Part shown: positions 21,060-31,426 of the stretch, one piece after another
Layout: every line of letters starts with the position of its first letter
How positions within the stretch are numbered: the stretch's first letter is position 1
Notes under the pieces: model-generated
Told to the model about the DNA's origin: nothing
Database searches by the model: none
Seen by the model: the letters and a program-made list of their open reading frames with translations, nothing else
Translations under genes and position numbers: made by a program
Source: Spirochaetia bacterium
Lineage (GTDB): Bacteria; Spirochaetota; Spirochaetia; SZUA-6; Bin103
Direction: 5' to 3'
NCBI GenBank assembly: GCA_965208575.1
Contig: CBDBOV010000004.1
Coordinates: 960,001-1,024,000, forward strand
DNA length: 64,000 nt

Positions 21060-21626
21060 TCAGCGCGGCGGACGTGCGCCCGGCCACGGCTCGCCGTCGA
21101 CCAGGATCTCCTCGGTTTCCTCTTCCACCTTGAACGGCGCCAGGCCGCGCGCCCGGTAGTTGGCGAGCGCATGCGGGTGGTCCTCGGTGCAGGTGTGCAG
21201 CCACACCCGTCCGGTGCCGATCTTGCGCCCTCGCTGCACGGCGTCGCACAGCAGGTAGCCGCCGAGGGCGCGGCCCACGAACGCCGGCAGCACGCCGAAG
21301 TACACGATCTCCACGCCTGCGCCGCTGTGCTCACCGTCGGGGCGCAACTCGAAATACCCGGCCGGCGTGCCATCGACGTAGCCGGCCCAGGTCTCCAGCC
21401 CCGGGGTTGCCAGGTACTCCTGCCACTGCGCGTAGCTCCACCGCAGCCGCGAATTCCAGTTCCAGCGCCAGCCCACCGCGGTATACAGGAAGCGGTTGAA
21501 CTCCGGGCTCGCCGCCGCCGCCTGCCACAACTCGTAGTCCGGTCGCGCGCGCGCCGGGGGACGCAGCGGCGCCTCCCCCGCGATCTCCAGGTAGGTAGTC
21601 CGCACCGACCGCTGCACCGTTGCCAT
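21060..21626 (-). CDS. GNAT-family N-acetyltransferase
   Basis: YFGVLPAFVGRALGGYLL, VWLHTCTEDHPHALANYRARG. Confidence 0.88.
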   Translation of the reverse strand: MATVQRSVRTTYLEIAGEAPLRPPARARPDYELWQAAAASPEFNRFLYTAVGWRWNWNSRLRWSYAQWQEYLATPGLETWAGYVDGTPAGYFELRPDGEHSGAGVEIVYFGVLPAFVGRALGGYLLCDAVQRGRKIGTGRVWLHTCTEDHPHALANYRARGLAPFKVEEETEEILVDGEPWPGARPPR

Positions 21627-21647
21627 CACCGCACCCCCGTGCGCCCG

Positions 21648-22073
21648 TTACCAGGCAAAGTTGCCGGCGCCGTCGAGCGGCGAACCGGGATTCCAGGCCA
21701 CTTCCCACAGGTGGCCGTCGGGATCCCGGAAGTAGCCCGAGTGGCCGCCCCAGAACACATCCTGGGCCGGCTTGACGATGGTGCCGCCGGCGCGCTCGGC
21801 CTCGGCGAGCACCGCGGCAACGTCCTCGCGACTCCTCACGTTGTGGGCCAGGGTGACGGCGCCGGCGGGCGGACCGTCGATGCCCGGCAATCCGATCTCC
21901 TCCAGCAGCTTGGCGCGTGGATAGAGCGCGAACCCGACGCCGTTGAGCGTAAAGGTCACGATCGAGTCGGCCAGTTCCTCGTGCGCAATGCGCCAGCCGA
22001 GCGCCTCGTAGAATGCCCTTGCGCGCGGCAGATCGTCCACGCCCAACGTAACGATGCTGAGCCGCTGTTCCAT
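21648..22073 (-). CDS. VOC/glyoxalase-family protein
   Basis: MEQRLSIVTLGVDDL, AQDVFWGGHSGYFRDPDGHLWEVAWNP. Confidence 0.92.
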   Translation of the reverse strand: MEQRLSIVTLGVDDLPRARAFYEALGWRIAHEELADSIVTFTLNGVGFALYPRAKLLEEIGLPGIDGPPAGAVTLAHNVRSREDVAAVLAEAERAGGTIVKPAQDVFWGGHSGYFRDPDGHLWEVAWNPGSPLDGAGNFAW

Positions 22074-22369
22074 TTTCTCGCTCTTTGCTCCTTGCCGCTG
22101 CCGATGAACCCGCCGCGCCGCCGGCGGCGGCGGAATTCGGAATCCGGCGGCATTCGGTTGCGTCGTCGTGGCATGAAGAGTAGCACAAATGAGACCGGCG
22201 GCGTGCGCCGTGCGAGCTGCTCGCCGCGCCCCGGCCCGAACGAGGGCGATGTGGGTTCGGGCGCGCCGCCTGTGCCGCGCGAGGTGCGACAGCTCGCCGC
22301 GCGCCGCCCGCGGGCCCGCGGGCCGCCCCCGGCTGGCGCGGGCGGCCACGGCAGGGTACGGTAGGCTTC

Positions 22370-23500
22370 ATGGCGCGATTGCGCGAACCCGCTCCCCCGC
22401 AGACGGTGCCCGGTGTGGTAGTGAACCACACGCCCGCCGCCCGGCAACAGTACAACGGGTGTCCGTCGATCGCCGTGCTGCCGGAGGGCGACTACGTGGC
22501 CAGCCACTCGCTGTTCGGGCCCGGCGCCAGCAACACCGACAGCTTCGTGTACCGCTCCGGCGACCGCGGGCAGTCGTGGCGGCGCATCGCCGAGGTGCAC
22601 GGCCAGATCTGGTCGAAGCTGTTCGTGCATCGCGGCGACCTGTACCTGATCGGCACCGACCACTGCGACCGCTACGGCGGCCGGCTGAACGGCAGGATGG
22701 TGATCCGCCGCTCGACCGACGGCGGCGCCACCTGGAGCGACGCGCGCGGCGCGGACAGCGGCCTGCTCAGCGACCAGGACGGCTATCACACCGCGGCGGT
22801 TGCGCTGGTCGAACACGACGGCCGCCTGTGGAAGGCGATGGAGTTCGCGCCCGAACCGGACCGCAAGACCTGGCAGGCGTTCGTGATCTCGGCACCGGTC
22901 GATGCCGACCTGCTCGACCGCGCCAACTGGACCTTCAGCGATCGCCTGTCGCACCGGTGGTCGGGCAACCAGTGGATCGAAGGCAACGTCGTGGTCGCTC
23001 CCGGCGGCGGGCTGTGGAACGTCCTGCGCCAGGACCAGTCCCCCGAGCGCTTCGCCACCGGGGACGCCGAGCGCGCGGTGGCGGTGCGGATCGAGCCGGA
23101 CGGCAGCAGCCTCGATCACGACCCGAACCGCGGCTACCTTGCCTTCCCCGGCGCCAACACCAAGTTTACCGTGGGGTTCGACCGGGTCAGCGGCTGCTAC
23201 CTGGCCCTGGTCAACCCGCAGGAACGGCCCTCACACTACCGCAGCCGGCTGGTGCTCAGCGCCTCCCGCGACCTGCGGCAGTGGCGGATCGTCAGTGAGC
23301 TGCTCCACCACCCGGACCCGGTCAAGCACGCATTCCAGTACGTGGACTGGGTGTTCGACGGCGACGACATCGTCTACCTGTCGCGCACCGCCTACGACGA
23401 CGGCCACGGCGGCGCGCACCGCGCCCACGACGCCAACTACACCACCTTCCACCGCATCCCGCAGTTCCGGTCGCTCCTGCGAGTTCTGGGCAGCGAATAG
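22370..23500 (+). CDS. Sialidase/BNR (Asp-box) beta-propeller protein
   Basis: Asp-boxes SGDRGQSW and STDGGATW; WIEGN, FQYVDW..DGDDI, AHDAN. Confidence 0.78.
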   Translation: MARLREPAPPQTVPGVVVNHTPAARQQYNGCPSIAVLPEGDYVASHSLFGPGASNTDSFVYRSGDRGQSWRRIAEVHGQIWSKLFVHRGDLYLIGTDHCDRYGGRLNGRMVIRRSTDGGATWSDARGADSGLLSDQDGYHTAAVALVEHDGRLWKAMEFAPEPDRKTWQAFVISAPVDADLLDRANWTFSDRLSHRWSGNQWIEGNVVVAPGGGLWNVLRQDQSPERFATGDAERAVAVRIEPDGSSLDHDPNRGYLAFPGANTKFTVGFDRVSGCYLALVNPQERPSHYRSRLVLSASRDLRQWRIVSELLHHPDPVKHAFQYVDWVFDGDDIVYLSRTAYDDGHGGAHRAHDANYTTFHRIPQFRSLLRVLGSE

Positions 23501-23525
23501 CAGCCCGTGTTTCGCCCGGCCAGCC

Positions 23526-24674
23526 TCAGCGGGCCGCCTTCACGCCGCCGCCGGCCGCGGCGCGCTTCACCTCCGCCACCACCGCGCCTTCATTGACCAT
23601 GGTGATGTCGCCGGGCGTCTCCTGCACCAGGATGCCGTGCGCTGCGCCCCAGGCGACCGCGGTATCCAGAGAGTGCCCCTTCATCAGCGCCGCCAGCACG
23701 CCGCAGGCGAACGAGTCGCCGCCGCCGGTGCGGTCGGTAATGTGCACGTGCTCGCGCACCGGCGCGGCGTACCAGGTGCCGGCGCGGCAGTCGTACAGCA
23801 CCGCCCCCCAGCTTATCTCGTCGGCGTCGTGCGCCCCGCGCCACTGCGTGCCCACCAGCGACAGGTTGGGAAAGTCGCGCGCCACCTTGACGATCGTATC
23901 CTGGTACACGCTCAGCCAGTCCTCGAATGTGTCGCGTTCCGGCTCGGCCGTGTCGTAGCCGAACGCGTCGTACAAGTCGGAGTCGTTGCCCACCAGCATG
24001 CTCAGGTAGGGCGCCAGCCTCTGATTGATCGCGCGCGCGCGCTCCTTGTTCGGCTCCACCTTGGAGCGGTAGTTGAGGTCCGCGGCCACGAACGTGCCGG
24101 CCGCCTGCGCCGCACTCGCGGCCTCGATCGCCAGGTCGGCGGTCTCGCTGCCGATCAGGGTCAGGATGCCGCCGGTGCTGAACACCCGCGTGCCCTCCTC
24201 CGCGAACAGGCGCTCGAAGTCGAAGTCGCCCGGCTTCATGCGCGCCGCCGGCGTGTTGGCGCGGTAGTAGACGGTCTCCGAGGGCAGCACGCCGCGGCCC
24301 GCGGTGGTGAAGCTGATGCCGTTGTGCAGCGTGCCCTTCTGGTCGGTGGACCAGGCGCCGCCGTCGCTGCCGGTGTTCCACCAGCGGATGTTGCTCACGT
24401 CCACGCCCGCCTCGCGCAACTGGTTGCGGATGTTCTCGCCGACGGGATCGTCGACCAACGCCGTGAGCACCCCGGCGCGCAGTCCGAACGTGTAGGCGGC
24501 GCCGCACGCGACGTTGGTCTCGCCGCCGCCCTGGGAGACGCGGATGTTGTCGCGCATGCGCGCGGTGGGCACGTCGCGCGGGTCGAAGCGCAGCATCACC
24601 TCGCCGAGGGCGATCAGGTCGTGGCGGCACGCGGAGGCGGGTTTGATGGCGTCGTACGGTACGGTTTGCGGCAT
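23526..24674 (-). CDS. PfkB-family sugar kinase (2-keto-3-deoxygluconate kinase-like)
   Basis: LGEVMLR, GGGETNVA, DLNYRSK, DRTGGGDSFACG, TPGD. Confidence 0.9.
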   Translation of the reverse strand: MPQTVPYDAIKPASACRHDLIALGEVMLRFDPRDVPTARMRDNIRVSQGGGETNVACGAAYTFGLRAGVLTALVDDPVGENIRNQLREAGVDVSNIRWWNTGSDGGAWSTDQKGTLHNGISFTTAGRGVLPSETVYYRANTPAARMKPGDFDFERLFAEEGTRVFSTGGILTLIGSETADLAIEAASAAQAAGTFVAADLNYRSKVEPNKERARAINQRLAPYLSMLVGNDSDLYDAFGYDTAEPERDTFEDWLSVYQDTIVKVARDFPNLSLVGTQWRGAHDADEISWGAVLYDCRAGTWYAAPVREHVHITDRTGGGDSFACGVLAALMKGHSLDTAVAWGAAHGILVQETPGDITMVNEGAVVAEVKRAAAGGGVKAAR

Positions 24675-24737
24675 TTTTGATCCTTGTTCGTTGTCCTGGG
24701 TTTTAGCCAGGGCTGGCCCGCACTATGATGGCAGGCA

Positions 24738-25451
24738 TTGGCTTCCATTGGTACGCCTGAGGGTGCGCAGTTCAACCCCCACTTCCAGGTCGGCCTCGAC
24801 GTCGCGGGCCGGCGCTGCCTGGTGATCGGCGGCGCCGATGAGGCGCTCGACAAGACGCTGCGGCTGCTCGACGCCCGCGGCCGCGTGCTGCTCGTGGCAC
24901 CGGAGTTGTGCGGCGGTCTGGCAGAACTGCACGCCGCCGGTCGCATCGATTGGCATGCCCGGCGCTACCGTTCCGACGACCTCGGCGGCGCCTGCCTGGT
25001 CATCAACACCGTGCGCTCCGATCCTGCCCTGTGCGAGCGCGTGTTCGCCGCCGCGCAACGCCGCCGCATACCGATCAACACCTACGACCTGCCGCAGTAC
25101 TCGACGCTCGCGATGGCCGCCCTGGTCACCTGCGGCCACCTGCGCATCAGCATCAGCACCAGCAACGCCGCCCCCGCCGCGGCCAGCCGGCTGCGCCGCG
25201 ACCTTGCCGACCTGCTTGCCGGCACCCCGGACCTGGAGGAGTTCCTGGCTGTCCTCGGCGAGGTCCGCGGCCTGGCGAAGCAGCACGTCGCCAACCCCGG
25301 CGAACGGCGTGCCCTGCTTCGCGGACTGGTTGACGGCCTGCGCCTGCACGGAACGGTCGAGCTGCCCACCGGCTGGCGCACCCGGCTGGCCACGGTCGCG
25401 GCGCAACTGCGGCAGCACCCGCAACCCGGCGGCGACAACGGGACCGCGTAG
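24738..25451 (+). CDS. Precorrin-2 dehydrogenase/sirohydrochlorin ferrochelatase (CysG-N/SirC-like)
   Basis: LDVAGRRCLVIGG, IPINTYD, LRISIST..APAAASRLR. Confidence 0.85.
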   Translation: MASIGTPEGAQFNPHFQVGLDVAGRRCLVIGGADEALDKTLRLLDARGRVLLVAPELCGGLAELHAAGRIDWHARRYRSDDLGGACLVINTVRSDPALCERVFAAAQRRRIPINTYDLPQYSTLAMAALVTCGHLRISISTSNAAPAAASRLRRDLADLLAGTPDLEEFLAVLGEVRGLAKQHVANPGERRALLRGLVDGLRLHGTVELPTGWRTRLATVAAQLRQHPQPGGDNGTA

Positions 25452-25491
25452 GCGACGCGGACCGGCCGCTTGTGTTACTTTTCGGGCGCCG

Positions 25492-26814
25492 ATGATCGAC
25501 ATTAACTGGATACGCGCCGATCCGGACCGCGCCGCGGCGGCGCTGGCCAAGCGCGGGCCGCGCACCGAGTTTCGCGAGGTGCTGGAGTGGGACGACATGC
25601 GCCGCGACCTGGTCACGGAAACGGACCGGCTGCGCGCCCAGCGCAACGACGTCTCGAGCCAGATCCCGCGCCGCAAGCAACGCGGAGAGAACGTCCAGCC
25701 GTTGTTCGAGGAGATGCGCGGCGTTGGTCAGCGCATCAAGGCGCTGGAAGCGGATTTGTCCGGCCTGGAGCGGCGCATCCGCGACTTTCTGGAGCAGCTC
25801 CCCAACGTCCCCGACGACGACGTGGCCGGCGGCGGCAAGGAACACAACCGTGTGTTGCACGCGTGGGGGGAGAAGCCGGCCTTCGACTTCGCCCCGCGCG
25901 ACCACCTGACGCTGGCCGACAGCCTCGGCCTGATCGACTTCGAGCGCGGCGCCAAGGTGGCCGGCAGCGGGTTCTGGATCTACCGCGGCGCCGGCGCCCT
26001 GCTGGAGATGGCGCTGATCAACTACTGCATAAGCCGCAACGTCGCCGCCGGCTACGAGCTGATGCTGCTGCCGCACATCGTCAACGCGCAATGCGGCTAT
26101 GTCTCCGGCCAGTTCCCGAAGTTCGGCCAGGACGTGTACCGGCTCGCCGCCGGCCAGGACAACGACGCCGGCGACACCGGCAGCAGCGCCGCCGCCGCGG
26201 ACGGTCTCGATGGGCAGATTCTGATCCCCACATCGGAAACCGCCCTCGCCGCCATCCACCGGGACGAGATCATCGCCTCCGACACGCTGCCGCGCAAATA
26301 CTGCGCATTCACCCCCTGCTACCGGCGCGAGGCGGGCAGCTACCGCAGCCGCGACCGCGGCACCATACGCGGCCACCAATTCCACAAGGTGGAGCTGTTT
26401 CAGTACGTCGCGCCCGATCAGTCCGAAGCCGCGTTGCAGGGCATGGTGGAACATGCCGCGTCCCTGGTGCGCGGCCTCGGCCTGCACTACCAGATCTCGC
26501 AACTCGCAGCCGGCGACTGCAGCGCGGCCGCCGCCAAGACCTGCGACATTGAGGTGTGGATCCCGAGCATGGCCAGCTACGAGGAAGTCAGCTCCGCCTC
26601 CAACACGCGCGACTACCAGTCGCGGCGCGGCCGCATCCGCATGCGCGGCGCTTCCGGAACCGCGCTGGTGCACACCCTGAACGCATCCGGGCTGGCCACC
26701 AGCCGGCTGCTGCCGGCGCTGCTGGAGTGTTGTCAGCGCGCCGACGGCGGCGTCACGGTACCCGAGGCGCTGCGCCCGTTCTGCGGCCTCGAGTCGATCG
26801 ACCGAAGCGCCTGA
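25492..26814 (+). CDS. serS: Serine--tRNA ligase
   Basis: MIDINWIR coiled-coil arm, LPNVP, GAKVAGSGF, GQFPKF, PTSE, CYRREAG, HQFHKVE, HTLNASGLA. Confidence 0.96.
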   Translation: MIDINWIRADPDRAAAALAKRGPRTEFREVLEWDDMRRDLVTETDRLRAQRNDVSSQIPRRKQRGENVQPLFEEMRGVGQRIKALEADLSGLERRIRDFLEQLPNVPDDDVAGGGKEHNRVLHAWGEKPAFDFAPRDHLTLADSLGLIDFERGAKVAGSGFWIYRGAGALLEMALINYCISRNVAAGYELMLLPHIVNAQCGYVSGQFPKFGQDVYRLAAGQDNDAGDTGSSAAAADGLDGQILIPTSETALAAIHRDEIIASDTLPRKYCAFTPCYRREAGSYRSRDRGTIRGHQFHKVELFQYVAPDQSEAALQGMVEHAASLVRGLGLHYQISQLAAGDCSAAAAKTCDIEVWIPSMASYEEVSSASNTRDYQSRRGRIRMRGASGTALVHTLNASGLATSRLLPALLECCQRADGGVTVPEALRPFCGLESIDRSA

Positions 26815-26885
26815 ATCGCCTGCCGTCGGCGGGTTGCGCCGCGGGCGCTGCATGAGCTATGGTGCACGGCACCAGCCAGCGCCGC

Positions 26886-27950
26886 ATGCAACGCACCTCC
26901 GACCTGAACGTTAACGCCATCGAACCGCTCATCACGCCGCGCGCCCTCAAGCGGGAGTTGCCGATGTCGGCGCCCGCCAGCGACAACGTCGTGCGCGCCC
27001 GGGCCACGATTGCCGATATCCTGGCGCGCCGTGATCCGCGCCTGCTGGTCATCGTGGGTCCCTGCTCGATCCACGACGAGCGCGCGGCCCTGGAGTATGC
27101 TCAGCGGCTCGCCGAGCTGGCCGAGGCGGTGCGCGACGAGTTCTACGTCGTCATGCGGGTCTACTTCGAGAAGCCGCGCACCACGATCGGCTGGCGCGGC
27201 ATGATCATCGACCCGCGCCTGGACTACTCGTCACGCATCCCCGAGGGGCTTGAGGCCGCACGCCGCATTCTCCTGTCGATCAACGAGTACGGCGTGCCCA
27301 CCGCGACCGAGATGCTCGATCCGATCGTGCCGCAGTACATCGCCGACCTGGTGTCGTGGGCGGCCATCGGCGCGCGCACCACCGAGTCGCAAACGCATCG
27401 CGAAATGGCCAGCGGCCTGTCGATGCCGGTCGGATACAAGAACAGCACCGACGGCAATCTGCAGGTCGCCATCGACGCCATCACCTCCGCCCGCAGCCGG
27501 CACCGTTTCCTCGGCGTGGACCAGGATGGCCGCATCGGCGTGGTCAGCACCCAGGGCAACCCGGCCGGCCACGTGATCCTGCGCGGCGGCCGCTCGGGAA
27601 CGAACTACGGCTCCGAGAGCGTGAACGACTCCGCCCGGCTGTTGGAACGGTCGGGCCTGGAGCCCGTGCTGATGGTCGACTGCAGCCACGACAACTCCGG
27701 CAAGAAGCACGAAAACCAGGAAACCGCCTGGAACAGCGTCATCAACCAGCGCGCCGCGTGCACCCGCAGCCCGATTGTCGGCGTCATGCTCGAGAGCAAC
27801 CTGTACGAAGGCCGCCAGGACCTGACCGACGATCCGCGCGAGTTGAGCTACGGCGTCTCGATTACCGACGAGTGCATCAGTTGGGATACTACCGAGCGGA
27901 TGCTCACCGGCGCGCTGCGTGCGCCGCAGGGTGCTGCCGTCTCGGTCTGA
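26886..27950 (+). CDS. 3-deoxy-7-phosphoheptulonate (DAHP) synthase, class I alpha
   Basis: GPCSIHD, MRVYFEKPRTTIGW, AIGARTTESQTHRE, GYKN, ILRGG, DCSHDNS, GVSITDECI. Confidence 0.96.
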   Translation: MQRTSDLNVNAIEPLITPRALKRELPMSAPASDNVVRARATIADILARRDPRLLVIVGPCSIHDERAALEYAQRLAELAEAVRDEFYVVMRVYFEKPRTTIGWRGMIIDPRLDYSSRIPEGLEAARRILLSINEYGVPTATEMLDPIVPQYIADLVSWAAIGARTTESQTHREMASGLSMPVGYKNSTDGNLQVAIDAITSARSRHRFLGVDQDGRIGVVSTQGNPAGHVILRGGRSGTNYGSESVNDSARLLERSGLEPVLMVDCSHDNSGKKHENQETAWNSVINQRAACTRSPIVGVMLESNLYEGRQDLTDDPRELSYGVSITDECISWDTTERMLTGALRAPQGAAVSV

Positions 27951-28082
27951 CCCGCGCCGCCGGCGCGGGCGCGGGCCGGCCACGGCTTGCAAACCGCCGC
28001 CGCGCGCCCATCCCCGCGTCCCCGTCACCCGCCCGTCCGCGCCCGCAACCCACCGCGCACCACAACCGCCAAGGAGGCTGCC

Positions 28083-29594
28083 ATGGCCACGATAGTCCCC
28101 GAAACGTCGCGCACCTTCAGCGAGTACCTGCTGTTGCCCAACCTGACGCGGCGCGACTGCGTACCCGCGAGCGTCGACCTGCGCGCACCGCTCACCCGCT
28201 ACCGGCCGCCCGGTGACCCGCAGTTGCACCTGAACGTGCCGATGGTATCGGCCATGATGCAGTCGGTGTCCGACGACACCATGGCCGTGGCGCTGGCGCG
28301 CAGCGGCGGGCTGGCGTTCATCTTCACCTCGCAGCCGATCGCCGCGCAGGCGGAAATGGTCGGGCGGGTCAAGAAGTTCAAGGCCGGCTTCGTGGTCAGC
28401 GACACCAACCTGGGCCCGCGCGCCACCGTGCGCGACCTGTTGGAGCTGCGCCACCGCACCGGCCACACCACCACCGCGGTCACCGACAACGGCGCCTCCG
28501 ACGGGCGCCTGCTCGGCATTCTCACCGGGCGCGACTACCGGATCGGCCACGTGGATCCGGACGCGCCGGTTACCACCCTGATGACGCCGTTCGACGACCT
28601 CGTGTACGGACGCGACGGCATCACCCTGAGCGAGGCCAACAACCTGATCTGGGAGCATCGGCTGAATTGCCTGCCGGTGATCGACGACCACCGGCACCTG
28701 CGCTACCTGGTGTTTCGCAAGGACTACGAGCAGCACAAGGAGAACCCGGACGAGCTGATCGACGACGAGAAGCGCCTCATGGTGGGTGCCGGCGTCAACA
28801 CCCACGACTACCCGGATCGGGTGCCGGCACTGATCGCCGCCGGCGCCGACGTGCTGTGCATCGACTCGTCCGACGGCTTCAGCGAGTTCCAGGCCGACTG
28901 CCTGGCCTGGGTGCGGGGGCAATGCGGCGACGGCGTACGCGTGGGCGCCGGCAACGTCGCCGACCGCGAAGGCTTCCGCTACCTGGCCGCCGCCGGCGCC
29001 GACTTCGTGAAGGTCGGCGTGGGGCCCGGCTCCATCTGCATTACGCGTGAGCAGAAGGGAATCGGACGCGGCCAGGCGAGCGCGGTGCTGGACGTTGCCC
29101 ACGCGCGCAGGGAGTGGCTGGAGGAGACCGGCGAGTACGTGCCGATCTGCGCCGACGGCGGCATATTCCACGACTACCACATCACGCTGGCGCTGGCGAT
29201 GGGTGCGGACTTCGTGATGATGGGCCGTTACTTCGCCCGTTTCGACGAGAGTCCGGCCCCGCGCATCCGCATGGGCACCAACTTCGTCAAGGAATACTGG
29301 GGCGAAGGCACCAACCGGGCGCGCAACTGGCAGCGCTACGAGGGACACCTCGCAGCCGGCGGGCTGGCCTTCGAAGAGGGGGTCGACGGCTACGTGCCGT
29401 ACGCCGGCGAATTGCGCGACAATCTGGGTCAGACGTTGGACAAGCTCAGAAGCACCATGTGCAATTGCGGGGCGGCCGACATCGAAAGCCTGCACCGCAC
29501 CGCTCGGCTCACCGTGGTGTCCGCCACCAGCCTGCGCGAGGGCGGCGCCCACGACGTGATCCTGAAGGAGACCGAAATCGCACCCGGCCTGTAG
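28083..29594 (+). CDS. guaB: IMP dehydrogenase with CBS pair
   Basis: [51 protein letters not shown]; AAGGAGG SD. Confidence 0.95.
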   Translation: MATIVPETSRTFSEYLLLPNLTRRDCVPASVDLRAPLTRYRPPGDPQLHLNVPMVSAMMQSVSDDTMAVALARSGGLAFIFTSQPIAAQAEMVGRVKKFKAGFVVSDTNLGPRATVRDLLELRHRTGHTTTAVTDNGASDGRLLGILTGRDYRIGHVDPDAPVTTLMTPFDDLVYGRDGITLSEANNLIWEHRLNCLPVIDDHRHLRYLVFRKDYEQHKENPDELIDDEKRLMVGAGVNTHDYPDRVPALIAAGADVLCIDSSDGFSEFQADCLAWVRGQCGDGVRVGAGNVADREGFRYLAAAGADFVKVGVGPGSICITREQKGIGRGQASAVLDVAHARREWLEETGEYVPICADGGIFHDYHITLALAMGADFVMMGRYFARFDESPAPRIRMGTNFVKEYWGEGTNRARNWQRYEGHLAAGGLAFEEGVDGYVPYAGELRDNLGQTLDKLRSTMCNCGAADIESLHRTARLTVVSATSLREGGAHDVILKETEIAPGL

Positions 29595-29624
29595 CGCCGG
29601 TAACGACCTGCCTGGCGCGGGGAG

Positions 29625-29858
29625 TCAGTCGGCCGCGACGCCGGAACGGCCGGCGCTGCGCGGTGCGGCGGCGGGCTCGTTTTCGCACGACTCGCCCGCG
29701 GTCACGCCGCAGATGGGACACGCCTCCTGGTCGTCCATGAAGGCGTTGGCATTGGAGCAGCCGGGCTTGCGCACCTCTTCGTCCTTGCCGAACAGCACGC
29801 GCAGTCCCAGGAACGCGGCGCACAGCACCATCAGGCCAACCGCAAGGAGAACCGTCAT
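29625..29858 (-). CDS. Small Cys-rich single-TM membrane protein
   Basis: N-terminal hydrophobic helix then GC..CPICG..SC; GGAGG upstream. Confidence 0.72.
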   Translation of the reverse strand: MTVLLAVGLMVLCAAFLGLRVLFGKDEEVRKPGCSNANAFMDDQEACPICGVTAGESCENEPAAAPRSAGRSGVAAD

Positions 29859-29906
29859 CTCAACCTCCAGTCTACCGCTTTGTGCGCCGCACGGCTACCA
29901 CCGGCG

Positions 29907-31328
29907 CTACGGTGCGGCCGCCAGGGTGGCGAGCGGGTCGGCGTCGGTCAGCGCACCGAGCGCCAGCGCCAGCTTCCAGCGCCGCCCGCGCAGGAGTTGC
30001 GCATCGAAGTCCAGGAGTTCAAGCGCCACCTCGGCCCGAGCCACGTCCGCCTCCGTCACCACGCCGGCGGCCAGCGACTCCCTGCTCTCATTGACCTTGA
30101 GGGCGGCGAGGCGCGTGCGTTCGCGCAGATCCCACGTCGCATACTCGAGGTCGCGTATGTCCCGCTCCGCCTGCAGCACGGCGTCGGCATACTTGCGGCG
30201 CGCGGCCGTACCGGAGAGTTGCGCCGCGGCGCGCTCGTTGGCGAGCCGCTCCTGCCGCAACCGGCGCAGGCCGCCGTCGACGATCGGCACGATCACGTTG
30301 AAGCCCACGCCGGCGGAAAACTCGACCGCGTCCCAGTCGTAGTCGGCGCCGAAGGTCACTTCCGGCCACTGGTGGTTGCCGTCCTCGCGAATGCGGTGCT
30401 CGCTCGCCCGCAGTTCCACGACCGCATCCACGACGCCCGGCGCGAGCTCGACCTGCTCGTCGAACGGCGGCGTGAGCGGCGCCTCGGCCAACTCGCCGAA
30501 GTGCGACGCCCCGGTCTGTTCTTCGAGGCCGGCGCGCTCCTCGCGCAGCAGGAGCCGGGTACTGTCCAGCCCGCGCCGCTCCTGCTCCACCTCGAACAAC
30601 AGCGACTGAAAGCTGTGGCTGTCCTCGTTTTCTCCGAACACCTCGCGACGGCGCACCACCTCGGCCTCCAGCTCGCCCAACTCGAACACGGCACTCCGTT
30701 GCGCCTTCTCCGCCTCGACGATGGCCATGATCCGGTCGAGGATCTCGCCGGCGACCGCGCGCGTCCGCTGCCTCACCGCGCGTTCCGCGGACACCACGGC
30801 ATGGGCGGCCTTCAGGTCGTCCGCATCGGTGGCGTCGAGCCCGAACAGCGGGCCGAGGGACTGTTCCACGCCGCTCGACAGGTTCACCGCCACCGGTCCG
30901 AGCTCCCACCCCTTCGTCTTGCCGTCGGGGCCCTCATCCGCCGGGCCGGTCAGGGTAGCGGTCGTGGACAGCTCCCCGAACGGATGCGGCAGATCGGCGG
31001 TCACGCCGGCGGCGACACCGAATCCGAATTCGGCCCCGCCCGCTTCGTTGACGGTTACCCCGGCCAGCCGCCCCGGGCCCTCTGGGTCGGACAGGCGCAG
31101 CGTGAGGGAGAATCCCCGGCCGGCCGCCGTCATCGCCACTCCTATCTGGCTTCTGCGCACCGCAAGCTGCCGCTGCTGCAGGGTCGTGTCGCGCGCCATC
31201 GCTTCCCGCAGCAGTTGTTCCAGACCCGGCCCGCCGGCCGCCGACTGCGCCGACCCGCGCACGGCAACCAGCGCCAGCACGATGGCAACGGCCGCCACGG
31301 TCCGGCACCACGCTCCTTTGTTTCGCAC
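29907..31328 (-). CDS. TolC-like outer-membrane efflux protein
   Basis: Signal peptide, two alternating beta/coiled-coil halves, VPIVDGG motif, AGVVTEADV..AE; start approximate. Confidence 0.65.
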   Translation of the reverse strand: MRNKGAWCRTVAAVAIVLALVAVRGSAQSAAGGPGLEQLLREAMARDTTLQQRQLAVRRSQIGVAMTAAGRGFSLTLRLSDPEGPGRLAGVTVNEAGGAEFGFGVAAGVTADLPHPFGELSTTATLTGPADEGPDGKTKGWELGPVAVNLSSGVEQSLGPLFGLDATDADDLKAAHAVVSAERAVRQRTRAVAGEILDRIMAIVEAEKAQRSAVFELGELEAEVVRRREVFGENEDSHSFQSLLFEVEQERRGLDSTRLLLREERAGLEEQTGASHFGELAEAPLTPPFDEQVELAPGVVDAVVELRASEHRIREDGNHQWPEVTFGADYDWDAVEFSAGVGFNVIVPIVDGGLRRLRQERLANERAAAQLSGTAARRKYADAVLQAERDIRDLEYATWDLRERTRLAALKVNESRESLAAGVVTEADVARAEVALELLDFDAQLLRGRRWKLALALGALTDADPLATLAAAP

Positions 31329-31426
31329 GGTCACAGAGTAAACGCGCAGCCCGCCCCTGGGAAGGCCACGCCGGTACGCCCGCAACTCGCCCGGCACACG
31401 CGCCGGTCCCGGCCGCGCATGGCAGC

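Noticed and set aside
27951-28082. Purine riboswitch upstream of guaB
   Set aside because: GC-rich hairpins only; conserved purine-aptamer core not seen
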